Assembly (NCBI GenBank): GCA_964019335.1
Contig: OZ025668.1
Location: forward strand, 496,001 to 560,000
Source of the DNA: Diplonema japonicum
Lineage: Eukaryota > Protista > Euglenozoa: Diplonemea
Direction of reading: 5' to 3'
DNA length: 64,000 bases
Shown here in pieces: positions 1 through 11,002 of this stretch. Within the stretch, counting starts at the first letter, position 1, and every line of letters starts with the position of its first letter. The position numbers were made by a program, and so were the translations under genes. The notes beneath the pieces were generated by a model that was given only the letters and a program-made list of their open reading frames with translations, had not been told where the DNA came from and did no database searches.

Positions 1-176
1 CGACCGGGAAAAAAGATGGAATGGAGGAATATTTTATCTTTTCTTTCTGTTTTTTTTTTCTTTTCCTCCCCCTTTTTATTTTCCCTTTTGCCCCCCCCCC
101 CCCCCGTTTTCTGTTAAAATTCTCACATCGCCGGCAGCGACTGCGGTAAAACAGGAGGGGGGAGGAAGAAACCCAC

Positions 177-860
177 TCACAGCTTCTTCAATGCTTTCGT
201 AGCATCTTCCTTCTGCTGCTCTTGCTTCGCCGATACGGGACTGATCTTAGACACCTCTGTGTAGTACTTCCTTGCTTCTTCCTTGTTCTTGAGAGCCACG
301 TAGCAATCCCCGAGGAGGAGGTTGTTTGTCGGGTTGTCAGAACGGAGCTCGTAAGACTTAAGGAGGTAAGGAAGAGCAGTTTCATAAGTAGAAGAAGGAG
401 GGTCCGCAAAAAAAGTCTTGGCAAGCTGACGAGTGGTCCATGAAACAGAAGAAACACTGCAATGCCAAGCACCAATTACATGCTGGGATGTGCTGTCCTC
501 AGGGTTCAGCTCAGCAGCCTTTGTGGCCCAGTCCCTGATGGTGTAAGCTGACTTGATCTTTTCGGTGGTGCTGACAAGGTCCCCCATCTTGCCAAGAAGG
601 ACGGAGGCCCACTTGAACCCTTCAGCACAATTTCCGTGTTTCTCCATGCACACCTTCGCCTTCTCCAAACCCTCTTCAAAAAGTTTTTTCTTCTCCTCTT
701 TGTTTTCCTTCTCGCACCCGTAGTCGTAACACGCTCTGGCAAACCACCACAGTGCCTCGACATCTTCAGGGTTCTTCTCCACCACGTCCTTCGTCACCTC
801 ATACACCTCCTGGTACTTGTGAGCCTCGTACAGCTTACCAGCCGCTGCGAGAATGGACAT
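177..860 (-). CDS. RMDN1: Regulator of microtubule dynamics 1-like (RMD1/FAM82B) TPR protein
   Basis: 227 aa ORF with RMD1 hallmarks: ALWWFARACYD, KWASVLLG, EKIKSAYTIRDW..KA.ELNP.D, W..RQLAKTFF.DPPSSTYE.AL. Confidence 0.85.
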   Translation of the reverse strand: MSILAAAGKLYEAHKYQEVYEVTKDVVEKNPEDVEALWWFARACYDYGCEKENKEEKKKLFEEGLEKAKVCMEKHGNCAEGFKWASVLLGKMGDLVSTTEKIKSAYTIRDWATKAAELNPEDSTSQHVIGAWHCSVSSVSWTTRQLAKTFFADPPSSTYETALPYLLKSYELRSDNPTNNLLLGDCYVALKNKEEARKYYTEVSKISPVSAKQEQQKEDATKALKKL

Positions 861-934
861 TATTATTTTATTTTTTTTTTAATATAGAAGAAAAAAAAAA
901 GGGGTGCTGTGTGGTGTGGGCGTACGACATAATA

Positions 935-980
<46 letters not shown>

Positions 981-1260
981 TAATGCTACATGTTTTGAGG
1001 AAGGAGGGGCGGGGGATGGGGAGAACATAATCAGATGTTACCGGTTGGTACCACGAGTAAGGGGAAACAAAAATAAAAACAAGAAAAAAAAAAAACCAAA
1101 AAAGAAAACGGGTGAGATCAGTCCGTTCACTAGACGCCTTTTCGCCCCCCCGTGTCTTTTGGCATCTACACTCTGAGCAACGACATCAGCACAGGAAAAC
1201 AACAAGAAAAAAAAAATAACAAACAACAAGATTTTTCTTTTTTTTTTTTTTTTTTTTTTT

Positions 1261-3693
1261 TCACCCAAGCTTCTGTTTCGCTTCCTTCTGCAGCTGTTTC
1301 TCTAAGTTTGATGATGGTGAAATACCCGCAACCTTACCGTACCAAATCGTAGCTTCTTTTTTGTTGTGCATTGCACTATAAGTATCACCAAGGAGAAGCT
1401 GGTTCGTGGGGTTTCCGGCATTAAGAGCTTCGCTGCGGAGAAGGAGGGGCAACGCATTCTCAAAAGACGAGGTCGGGGGTGTACCGAAGATGGCTTCTGC
1501 CAGCTTTCGTTGTGTCCAGGAAATGGCTGCGACATTGTAGTGCCAGGCACCAAGGACATGGAAGGACGTGGCATCGGTGGGATCGAGCTCGCAAGCTTTG
1601 TCAGCGTACTCCTTAATGAGGTAGGTGTTCTTGATCTTATCGCTGGTGCTGATCAAGTCTCCAAGGACGCCCAACAGAACAGCGGACCACTTCCAACCCC
1701 CAGCCACGCTTGGATAGTTGGTCCTGCAAGTTTTTGCCTTGGCAAGGCCCTCTTGAAACATCTTCTTCTTCTTCTCCTTTTCGTGTCCTTGCATTTCGCA
1801 ACCCATTTCGTAGCAAGAGCGGGCGTACCACCATAGCACCTCGGAGTTTTCATCTTTTAAAACAAGCTCTGTGAGCTTTGCGTGCATTTCCGGGATTTTA
1901 AGTTTTCCTTGCATATGCCGCAGGTCGCCCAGAATATCTTCATCATGTGTTGGGGTGACGGTGGAATTAACAGAATGTTGTTGGGTGTTGACCGATGCAG
2001 GGGAAGCCACACCCTCGTCCTTATCAGTGAAGAGGAAGTAAACACGGAGCTCGCAGTTTTCCTTTCCCTTCAAGTGGATCCAACTATGCATTTTGTTGAC
2101 CATCTGAACGTGCCCCGAGGCAAGGAGATCAGGCGGGTTGGTTGCAGCGTTCCAGATCTGAAGCTCCGCATTGAGTCTGTCGGGGATAAGGGGCACCTCG
2201 TAAGACACCTTCCAGCTGAGGTCCATGGAGGGCTTCGTTTTAAATTTATGCTGCTCGTTTATGAATTTCACAAACACCGGTGTGTGCAATGGTAGACCCT
2301 TAGCTTGTAATATATGCACGCGGACGCAATGTGTGGCTGCATGGTGGTGGTGGGTCGTCCCGTGGCGGTCGATAATAGTGCCCTCACGGACTCTGCCGCA
2401 GTGCTTCTCCCGCAGCCGTTCACGTTCTTCGTGGAACGCCTTCCAATCTTGAAAATCCTTGACCCCGACAGGGCGGGGCAGCGTCAACACCTTCTGGTCC
2501 ACCTCAACTTCCTCACTTTTTTTTCTGATCTTCTCATTGATCATGGCCCACGCAGTTTTCGACATTCGCACCCCGTACTGTACCCATACCTCAGGACCGT
2601 ATCTTTTTTTAATCGCGGGGTAGTTGTAGTAAATAGGAAACAGCAAGTACATGTACATCGCAGCCAGAACTGTCCCGTACCTCCAGTATTGAACAGGGAT
2701 GCCAATTACCCATACAATGGCCACACATGCAAGGGACGCGTTCAATGCCAGCGATGAAAGATCCTGCTGCTTCCACGCGAAGATCGCAAGTATAGCGTCT
2801 AAAAACGATGTTATTTCAATGCACCATATGTACGCGACCTTCATGAGCTTTTTCTGGCTGAACGGGTTCATGATGGATGACGTTGGACTGTCTATGAACT
2901 CCTTGATATCGGGAAGGGTCTTGCGGAGCCTCCATAAGGGTATTGTCGCCAAGGGCTGCAACGGGAGCGGTGCGGAAAAATCAGTTTGCGAAACCCAATG
3001 AATATTAGACGCCAACAGCCGTTTTGTTTGAAAAAGAACACCAGCGATGAAAGCTGGGAACATTGCATCCAACCCATGATTGGTATAAAAACAAAGCATA
3101 ACGATGAAAAGCAACTGGCTCGCGCATGCAAACGGTCGGTACCACATGAAGTTATCGATGACCCAAAAACCAACAACAGCGGCTCTGTAACCGTACGTGA
3201 GAAGCTTGACCGCTGCTGTTTTTAAATCGATAATGCCGATCGATGCGTTTTCAAGGTCATCTGTCACATCAGGGATGGCTAGCAACGCGGTGAGCTTTGA
3301 TGTGTTGTAGCTCCATTTTACCTTTATAACCCCGTATTTCTTCAGTCGATGCTTGTCCTTGTGCTGTTTTGATTCTAAACATTTCAATTCATATTCTCCT
3401 TCAAATTCGTTGTGGTCTCCTCCGACTTCGAAGGTGCGTTCACATAATGGGTCATCTGAGACGCCAACGTCATAGTCCATAACTACTAACTTTACTGTAT
3501 CTTTTTCGTGGTAGGCTTTGAAGTCAAAGTTTTCGTCCCAGACCGGGTGCATGGTCTTCATTCCGTGAGATGTGTGCTTCTCCTGCAGGGTGTACCCTGT
3601 TGAGAAGAATATCTTCACATACGGGTCTTCCCTTGTGGTGATGTCTGCAGATTGAATGGTGAGATGGAACACACCTAGTGGTTCTTCTTGCAT
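1261..3693 (-). CDS. C2 domain / transmembrane (MCTP-like) / second C2 / C-terminal RMD1-like TPR fusion protein
   Basis: Uninterrupted 810 aa ORF. N-terminal C2 (DPYVKI, HPVWDENFDF, VMDYDVGVSDDPL), hydrophobic segments, a degenerate C2 (VRVHILQAKGLP..FVKF), and a last ~225 aa clearly paralogous to the 177..860 protein. Confidence 0.85.
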   Translation of the reverse strand: MQEEPLGVFHLTIQSADITTREDPYVKIFFSTGYTLQEKHTSHGMKTMHPVWDENFDFKAYHEKDTVKLVVMDYDVGVSDDPLCERTFEVGGDHNEFEGEYELKCLESKQHKDKHRLKKYGVIKVKWSYNTSKLTALLAIPDVTDDLENASIGIIDLKTAAVKLLTYGYRAAVVGFWVIDNFMWYRPFACASQLLFIVMLCFYTNHGLDAMFPAFIAGVLFQTKRLLASNIHWVSQTDFSAPLPLQPLATIPLWRLRKTLPDIKEFIDSPTSSIMNPFSQKKLMKVAYIWCIEITSFLDAILAIFAWKQQDLSSLALNASLACVAIVWVIGIPVQYWRYGTVLAAMYMYLLFPIYYNYPAIKKRYGPEVWVQYGVRMSKTAWAMINEKIRKKSEEVEVDQKVLTLPRPVGVKDFQDWKAFHEERERLREKHCGRVREGTIIDRHGTTHHHHAATHCVRVHILQAKGLPLHTPVFVKFINEQHKFKTKPSMDLSWKVSYEVPLIPDRLNAELQIWNAATNPPDLLASGHVQMVNKMHSWIHLKGKENCELRVYFLFTDKDEGVASPASVNTQQHSVNSTVTPTHDEDILGDLRHMQGKLKIPEMHAKLTELVLKDENSEVLWWYARSCYEMGCEMQGHEKEKKKKMFQEGLAKAKTCRTNYPSVAGGWKWSAVLLGVLGDLISTSDKIKNTYLIKEYADKACELDPTDATSFHVLGAWHYNVAAISWTQRKLAEAIFGTPPTSSFENALPLLLRSEALNAGNPTNQLLLGDTYSAMHNKKEATIWYGKVAGISPSSNLEKQLQKEAKQKLG

Positions 3694-5144
3694 TTTTTCT
3701 TCTTTCCCCCCCCCCCCTTTTTCCGCCCCCCCCCTTCTCCCACCTTTGTTTTTTTTTGTTCTTTCTTTTTTTCCCTCCCTGAAAAAAATAAAAAAACGAT
3801 TTTTTTATGGAAAAAAAATAAAAAGACTTTTGAGGGAATTTGGGGCGGGGGGGGGGGGGGGGATTCAACAAAAATATAAGAAAAAAATGTGTTTTGGTGG
3901 GGGGGGGGTATTTTTTTGTTTCATTTTAGTTTTTTTTTAAAGGGTGGACGGGTGGAGGGGAAAAAAAAGAAAAATAATTTGGGGGGGGGAAGGGGATGGG
4001 GGTAAGGAAAAAAGGGGGGTAGGACATGGGTTGGGTGGAGCAAAAAAAAAAAAAAAAACTGACTTTACCACTTTATTATTATTTTTTTTTTTGATACTCA
4101 TACACTGTGTCTACTCCCTAAGAACACTTTTGTACCTTCTTATTATTAATTTACATACTCGCCACAAGGCTCTATGTTATAATTTATTTTTTAAAACTTC
4201 CTCTTGTTTTGTTTTTCTTATTTTCTTTTGTTTTGTTTTGTTTTTTTTTTTTTTCCCTACACTTTCTTCGGCTGCTCAGCAGAGAGCTCGTTCTTTTTTT
4301 TTTGGGGCCTGGAAGGTCTGGTACTGAATTCTTTTTCTGGATGAAAATTTTTATCACACTTCCAACCGCCCCCTTCTTTGGGATTTTTTTTTTTTTTCCG
4401 GCTTCATACAAACCCCCTTATGTGTAAGCGCGCAGTGCTCTTCTTGTAAAAAAACAAAAAAAAAGGAGCAAAATGCAACATTTACTGGAAGTCTCTGTAA
4501 AACACTTCATTTTTTTTGATAAAAAAAACCACTGTGATGTACAATTTTTTTTTTTTTGTTTTTCTTTTTTATTTTTACACTTGGTGATGTGGCTTTTTTT
4601 TTCTTTTTTTTTTCTTCCACTGGTGACTGGGTACTAAAAAAAATAGTAATACCTCTGTTCTTCTTTTTTTTTTTTCCATTCAATTTTTTTTTTCTCCTCG
4701 GTTTCTTCTACTCTTTCATTGGGTTCCCTCTTTCTCAGCCTTTTATTTTTGTTTTTGTTGTTTTGCCCCTTTTCCTTTCATCTCTTGCCTCCCAAAGAAC
4801 ATGTTCGAGAAGAGGTGAAACTTGAGAGGGGGAATAATAAAAAATAAAAGAGAAAGAAAGACAAAAGAGAAGATCCAAAGAATATGGATTAAAAAAAAAT
4901 AAAGATATGAGATATTAGCGAGAAAAAAAAACTATTTTTTTAATGTGTAGCAAAAAAAAAAAAAGAGACTTTTTTTTTTCTTCCCTACACACTTTGTTCT
5001 TTTTTTTTTTCTTCCCCCTCTTCTTCCTCCTCAGTAGGGGAAAAAAGAAGAGAGAGGAAAAAAAAAAAGGTTAATGGCCCAAAGAAGGGTGCGAAATTTT
5101 CTTTTAAACAAAACCGTTGGTGCATACGGCATAAATGCCAGTGT

Positions 5145-5176
<32 letters not shown>

Positions 5177-5588
5177 CCCTTCTTCCTTTAAAAGAGTTAG
5201 AACTCCTGCTTAAAAAAAAAAAAAAAAGGGAAAAGGGGGTGGGCTTATTTTTTTTTTTTTTCAACGTCATCTGCTTCACGTGGAGTGAGTCAATGGGCAC
5301 ATTTGGGTGAAAAATGGGGGCAAACATACAAAAGAAATAGGGGAAGGGGAGGCTTAAAAAAATGACAAATAAAATTGGGGGGGGGGGGAGTAAGATATAA
5401 TAAAGAGAAAAAAACGAGGGGAATGAGGTGATAGGCGGGAGCGAATGGGAATAAAGAAAGAAGACGTTTAAGAAATGAGGGGGAGAAAGAAAAGAAAAAA
5501 ATGACTAGACTTATGTTCGTTTCCTGAACACGATGCCTTGTTAAAAAAAAAGGGAGAAGGGGGTGTGAAAAAGCAAAAGAGTGTGGGG

Positions 5589-5788
5589 NNNNNNNNNNNN
5601 NNNNNNNNNNNNNNNNNNNNNNNNNNNNNNNNNNNNNNNNNNNNNNNNNNNNNNNNNNNNNNNNNNNNNNNNNNNNNNNNNNNNNNNNNNNNNNNNNNNN
5701 NNNNNNNNNNNNNNNNNNNNNNNNNNNNNNNNNNNNNNNNNNNNNNNNNNNNNNNNNNNNNNNNNNNNNNNNNNNNNNNNNNNNNNNN
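5589..5788. other. Assembly gap (200 N)
   Basis: Run of N; truncates the CCCH gene. Confidence 1.
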
Positions 5789-7086
5789 CAGGAGAAGGAG
5801 CAGGTGCAGGTGAGGATGGCGCCTCGTTGGGGGTGCCATTTTCCTGGGTCTTGGTCTCTTCGACTTGACTGGTTTTTTCAGTCCTTTGTTTGTTTGTTAG
5901 TTCGTGTTTCCCCCCCTCTTCCATACCGGCTAGCAAACCCTTCCCCGTTCCCATTGTGCTGAGAGTAAGCATGGGCCCTGTCCTGGGGGTACTCGTGGTA
6001 CCCCTCATGGGGGTAGTACTCATGCTGAGGGTACTCGTCATAAGGCCCATACCCGTTGTGGGGCTGGTAGTACTCCTCGTACTGCGGGTGGTACCCGTTC
6101 ATGTGGTGCCTGTAGTGCATGTGGTCACCCTGGCCCATCATCCCATTCTGGTGGTCGCGGTAGCCACGGTACTCGCCGTTGGTCTTGTCGCTGGTCTGCA
6201 TCACCTGCTCGAAGAACTTCTCCTTGAGGTGCTCAGGGACATGGATGTTCGACGGCTGGTCGCTGCCGTCCATCTGGTGCGAGAAGGGGCACGACTCACC
6301 CTTAGAGCATGCACCCGTCGGGAAGTACCTGCACGGCACCTTGCCGTTCTCGCTGCTGCCGTTCGCTGGCAGAGGGGGCGCGGAGGGTGCGGGGGGGCGG
6401 GTGCCCTGGACCATCCTGTCCTGGTGCTCTAGGGGCACGTCACGCTGGTCAACGTCACGCATTCTGTGGGGCATGTCCTGCATGGGGTAAGCCTTGTGGT
6501 GGTGGTGGTGGTGGTGATGGTGGTGGTGCGCGTGGTGGGCATGGTGGTGGTGGTGGTGGTGGTGATGGTGCGCGTGGTGGTGGTGGTGATGGTGGTGGTG
6601 CGCGTGATGGTGGTGGTGGTGGTGGTGGTGCGGGTGGTGCTGGGGCTGGTCCCTACCACCCCTCCAGGGCATCATGGGACCTCCCATGTGAGACTGGTAG
6701 GCTCTAGGGGGCAGCCTGGCGTACGACCACGGCCTGGAGGGAGGCGGGACGGGCCTGTTCATCCTCTGGCTTGCGATGGCCTGACTCGGCATGGGAGGGG
6801 GAGGGGGCTGGGAAGAGTTGTTGCCGTCCTGGAATCGCGGAAGAGGGGGAAGGTCTCTGGGTCTTTCATTGGTGGGCAGTGCCTCATACTCCTCAACGTG
6901 CCAGTACACACACCCACCGTTGAACCTGCAGTCCTCAAGCCTTGTGTGCCTGCACCATTTAGGCTTCTTTGCTACGTTTACCTCCTGCGGTGCGATATTC
7001 CCCAACTGCTCAGGGTGGTTGAACTTGCACTTCTCCCCCAACCTGCACCTACCCCTATGCCAATGCCTGCACACGGACTGGTCCAT
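5789..7086 (-). CDS. CCCH zinc-finger RNA-binding protein with long poly-His tract; intron 5884-5926; 3' end lost in gap
   Basis: CCCH fingers CRHWHRGRCRLGEKCKFNH, CRHTRLEDCRFNGGCVYWH and CRYFPTGACSKGESCPFSH. A 43-nt intron GTATGG..ACTAAC..AAAG restores the frame into RTEKTSQVEE.. Confidence 0.85.
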
Positions 7087-7524
7087 TTTAGAGTTTTTTT
7101 TCTTTTTTTTTTTTTTTTTTCTTACCCTTGGAGTGCGGCAACCTCACTAAATGATGTCTGTGAGGTGATATGTCTTATGGTGGTTCGGGCAGCAGGAGAA
7201 AGAAAGTAAAATAAAATATGAAAAAAAATAAAATAAAAAATAAAAACGATAATGAACATACACCCTTAGGACAGGGCAGCACACAAACAAAAAGAATACA
7301 CAACACACAACAGCAAAAGGGAGGCAAGGGGGACAAAAGGGACAAAGGGGGAATACAAACTAGCAGAATTTACTTTCGTTTTTTTTTTTTTTTTTTTTTA
7401 AAGGGAGCTGATCACAAAGGGGTACTAGGGAGGTGATTATGTATTGTTTTAAAATTCTGAGTAAAGAGAAAAGGGTTCGAAAAAGAAAGGGAACTTGAGA
7501 GTACCGGGGAAGAAAAAGTAATAA

Positions 7525-7557
<33 letters not shown>

Positions 7558-7849
7558 ACAATTTTGGAAAGAAAAGAACGTGTCTCTGGCGAACTGGTAA
7601 AAGTACTGTAAAAGAGCCCCCTCTTTGTTCCGCCCCTTCCTTGGGGCACTTGAGGAAGATAGAAAACAAGACTGGCTTGACTATAGGGGTAGACACAAGA
7701 AATAAGAAAGGGGGGAAAAAAAAAGAAGGAAAAAAAAAAAACAGCAACAGTAAAACAAATAAATGGCCTGTCTTGTTGTTTCTCTTTTTTTATTCTTTCC
7801 TTTTTTTTTTCCCTTCTTCCCCCCTTCTTTAATCCCCTCTACCAGTATT

Positions 7850-7880
<31 letters not shown>

Positions 7881-8127
7881 AAGAAATACCCAAAACGAGG
7901 ACAGAGAAAAAAAAATACCCTATGTTCGTTCCCTAGTTTTTTTCTTTTTCCTTTTCTTTTTTTTTTTTTTTTTTTTTTTTTTTCCTTCTTCTTTTCTTTT
8001 AGTTCTTAATCCCCTCCCTCATCCCTTTGAAGGGATGAAAAGCAAATTCACGGAAGGGAAAGTAGCATGAGCGCAACGACTAGCAAAAAAAAAGAAGAAA
8101 GAAAAAAAAAAACCGAGTTCAATTAGT

Positions 8128-9909
8128 TCAGTAGGCAGGTTGATACCGACGGTATTGATAAGGCGATCTAAGATTTTTTTTTTTTCCCCAAAAAAATTCT
8201 CTCCCACACCTGTTCCTATTGTGAGGGGAAGCCCTTCGCCCTAGTGGAGACTGGGATCGAGCAGGTAGGGTCCATTGCGTTGTGTTCGTAACAGAATTAT
8301 AATAATAAGGCGTTCCTTGGGCAGTGTAAAAGATCTGCCAATGAGAAGGAAGACGGGGTTTGTACGCAGCTGTCTCTGTGTTCTGTATCTCGTCGAGCCG
8401 CTGCATGAGGAGCGCGTGGCGGGAGGCCGGGGGTGGCGACGAAGAGCGGGAGGATCGTCCCTGCCATCTACTGCTCTCATGGTAGTCTTGGGCCCTTGCA
8501 GCCTCCCACCTCCTGTCCCACTCAGGGTCATTGTGGCCGTCCATCTGCGCCACTTCCATCCACCTCTTCTCCAAGTCTTGTTCCCTCCTTGCAGCCCTCT
8601 CGTCGTAGTTGTGCAGCACAGGAGGGTACTGCTCTTGGTACTCTTGATGCTGCTCCGCGTACCGCAGCTGCTGGGGCTCGTGCTGTGGTTTTTGCTGGTT
8701 TTGTTGCATTTTCGTCTTTTCCACTTCAGCCATAATCCTCTTCCTCGCACCCAAAGCTGTCACTCCCACCTCCACCAGCTCCTTCTCCGTAATGTTCAGC
8801 AAGCTCTCCAAGTCAAAGTCCGCCTCTTCGAACAGCCCTTCGTATTTCTCCAATCCTATCCTCTCCAGAAGGTCCTGCACAGGGCGGAAGGCCGCATCCT
8901 GTCGCTTTGACTTCCGCCCGAAACCCTTCTCGATGTAGTCTATGAGCCCGGACACCTCAAGCATCCCGTTTGCCGCCGAGCTCTGCGTGTTCCTCCCTGC
9001 CCACCTTGTAATCGGTGACCTCGACCTCTCTTGGCCCAAGCCCCGCAGGTACTCCCTCTCCCCGGTGCCCTTGGTTGAGAGCTCAGAGATCAATGCTCCG
9101 AGCACCCCCTGCGACCCCTTGACCGACCCCAGCCCGCTGAGCTCCTCAACAAAAGCCGCTACGGCACTGCCGCCAACATCACTCGATTCTTTTGCATCGC
9201 TGATGCGGCTGGGCGTCGGAGGTGCCTTGACCTTAAGTGGGGCTATCTCAGGGGACTTGGGGCTGGCAACAGATTGCACACTAGCAGAAGTAGGCAATTC
9301 TTGTTTAGGGGCCGGGGCAACAGGAACAGGAGACGGGACGGGAACGGGTGTGGGAGGGGCAGGGGTGGGAGGAGCTGGGGCGGCAGGAGCTGGAGTGGGT
9401 GCAGGGGGAGGGGACTTCACAGAGGGCTCTGCTGGGGGAGGCACTGGCGCTGCTGGTGTAGGCGGTGGAGGTGGCTGTTTCACGGGCGGCTCTGCTGGGG
9501 GAGTGGGAGCAGGAGGCTCAGGCGCTGGGGGCGTAGGAGCAGGCGGCGGCGCAGGAGTAGGAGTAGGAGTTGGTTTAGGTGGTTCAACCTTCGGGGACGC
9601 CGCCTTGGGAGGCGCAGGGGTGTTCGGGGGTGCTCCCTTCTTCTTCACGTAAATGAAGAACTTGTCCTCTACGCCATGCGCGTCCCACGACTTCTTCGTG
9701 TCCATCTTCTTATCAAGCATCAACGTCTTTGGATCGGTTGTCTTCCCCGCAGCCTTCTGGTCTGCGACGGTCCAGAGATCCCCCGTTTTGAAGTTGGTCT
9801 TTGTTAAGATGTTTTTAAGAGCGGCGGTGATAGGCTTGCCGAGCACTACGGACTGCAGGATCCTGTCCTTGTGGCTCGCGGTATCGCTAAGTACCTTGAC
9901 GATCGGCAT
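8128..9909 (-). CDS. Proline-rich SAM + WW domain protein; probable in-frame intron 8168-8209
   Basis: SAM (VQDLLERIGLEKYEGLF..DLESLL..LVEVGVTALGARKRIM) and WW (LPSHWQIFYTAQGTPYYYNSVTNTTQWTLP); ATG at 9909. Confidence 0.8.
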   Translation of the reverse strand: MPIVKVLSDTASHKDRILQSVVLGKPITAALKNILTKTNFKTGDLWTVADQKAAGKTTDPKTLMLDKKMDTKKSWDAHGVEDKFFIYVKKKGAPPNTPAPPKAASPKVEPPKPTPTPTPAPPPAPTPPAPEPPAPTPPAEPPVKQPPPPPTPAAPVPPPAEPSVKSPPPAPTPAPAAPAPPTPAPPTPVPVPSPVPVAPAPKQELPTSASVQSVASPKSPEIAPLKVKAPPTPSRISDAKESSDVGGSAVAAFVEELSGLGSVKGSQGVLGALISELSTKGTGEREYLRGLGQERSRSPITRWAGRNTQSSAANGMLEVSGLIDYIEKGFGRKSKRQDAAFRPVQDLLERIGLEKYEGLFEEADFDLESLLNITEKELVEVGVTALGARKRIMAEVEKTKMQQNQQKPQHEPQQLRYAEQHQEYQEQYPPVLHNYDERAARREQDLEKRWMEVAQMDGHNDPEWDRRWEAARAQDYHESSRWQGRSSRSSSPPPASRHALLMQRLDEIQNTETAAYKPRLPSHWQIFYTAQGTPYYYNSVTNTTQWTLPARSQSPLGRRASPHNRNRCGREFFWGKKKNLRSPYQYRRYQPAY

Positions 9910-10005
9910 GGTTGCGGGTTTGTGCCCCGGTCTCCACCAGGCCCTGGGAAACAAAATTTTGTATTTTTGAAACAGAAAAAAAAGGGGGGGGGGGAAGAGA
10001 AGAAC

Positions 10006-10845
10006 TTAAAAACCCCAGTTATTCGCCTCGTTCCGCACCATTGTGTCTGGCGCATGTGAAGCCTGCAGCCTTTGCATCGACGCATGGTACCTGTTGGCCA
10101 CCCCGTGACATGGGATGATGTAAGCAGGGGCATCATTGAAATAAGCATCATCCTCTTGCTGGCCCATCAATTTGGAATCGTCAAGTGTTTCATCTATATC
10201 GATAGAGGGAAAGTCTATAGAGGGGTCTAGCCCGTTGATGAACCTGTCCTTCATGAAACTGATCAGCTGTGAGTGGTAATCGTCCCTGTCCTCTGCGGAG
10301 GATGGGACGGGGGGAGGGTGGTTCTCCCGTGTGTCTTCTTGTTCTTCCTCGTCTTCTTCCATGTGGTCCTCTGCATCGATAAGCTCGCGGGTTTTCTCGA
10401 CCATTCTGTGCAGATATTTCAGCTCCTCGGGGAGGCCTTCTCCCGAGGAGATTTTTTCCGTGAGAGATTTTTGTTCGCGTGTCTCGATGGTGGTTTCATG
10501 TTTCCCAACATATTCGTGGTAGGCTGTGGGGTCTCGTTTTTTTATGGCCGCGAGACCGAAGAAATCATCATCGTGGGACCTTTGCTCCATGGCTTTAAAC
10601 CTTCTGTTCCGCCGTGTGTTCTCGGGAACTGTTTCCCGCACCTTGTGGACCAACGCCTGCTTTGTTTCTTCTGTTCGTATCTCAGCGGAAGCTAGTAGCC
10701 TCCGACCGTCTTCCTTCACATCGAAGACTCCCAAGGTTACCCTAAAAAACTCCTGCGGAACGGTATTCAACATCTCTTCAAGCTCCTCCCAAGAATGGGA
10801 GATCCCTTCGTTTTGGGAAATTCGTTGCAGGACATCCTTTACCAT
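10006..10845 (-). CDS. CCDC97: CCDC97 / DUF2052-like protein
   Basis: Motifs RNRRFKAM, DFFGLAAIKKRDPTAYHEYVG, FMKDRFINGLD..DF..ID.DETLDD, EDDAYF. Confidence 0.7.
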   Translation of the reverse strand: MVKDVLQRISQNEGISHSWEELEEMLNTVPQEFFRVTLGVFDVKEDGRRLLASAEIRTEETKQALVHKVRETVPENTRRNRRFKAMEQRSHDDDFFGLAAIKKRDPTAYHEYVGKHETTIETREQKSLTEKISSGEGLPEELKYLHRMVEKTRELIDAEDHMEEDEEEQEDTRENHPPPVPSSAEDRDDYHSQLISFMKDRFINGLDPSIDFPSIDIDETLDDSKLMGQQEDDAYFNDAPAYIIPCHGVANRYHASMQRLQASHAPDTMVRNEANNWGF

Positions 10846-10957
10846 TCTCTCCCTTTTTTTTTGGTGGGGGGTTTCTTTTTTTTTTTCTTCCCCCCCTTTT
10901 GAAAAAGTGAAAAAAAAGAAAGAAGAATAAGAATTAAAAGGTAAGCCGTGCTTTTTT

Positions 10958-10994
<37 letters not shown>

Positions 10995-11002
10995 ATTCCC
11001 GT

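Noticed and set aside
3700-5588. Poly-K/poly-F ORFs here and in other spacers (e.g. 28395-31750, 57000-59300, 61700-64000)
   Set aside because: Translations of A/T homopolymer runs with no coding signal
9946-10013. Possible intron fusing the CCDC97-like and SAM/WW genes
   Set aside because: The only GT/AG pair gives the wrong phase; more likely a trans-splice acceptor region
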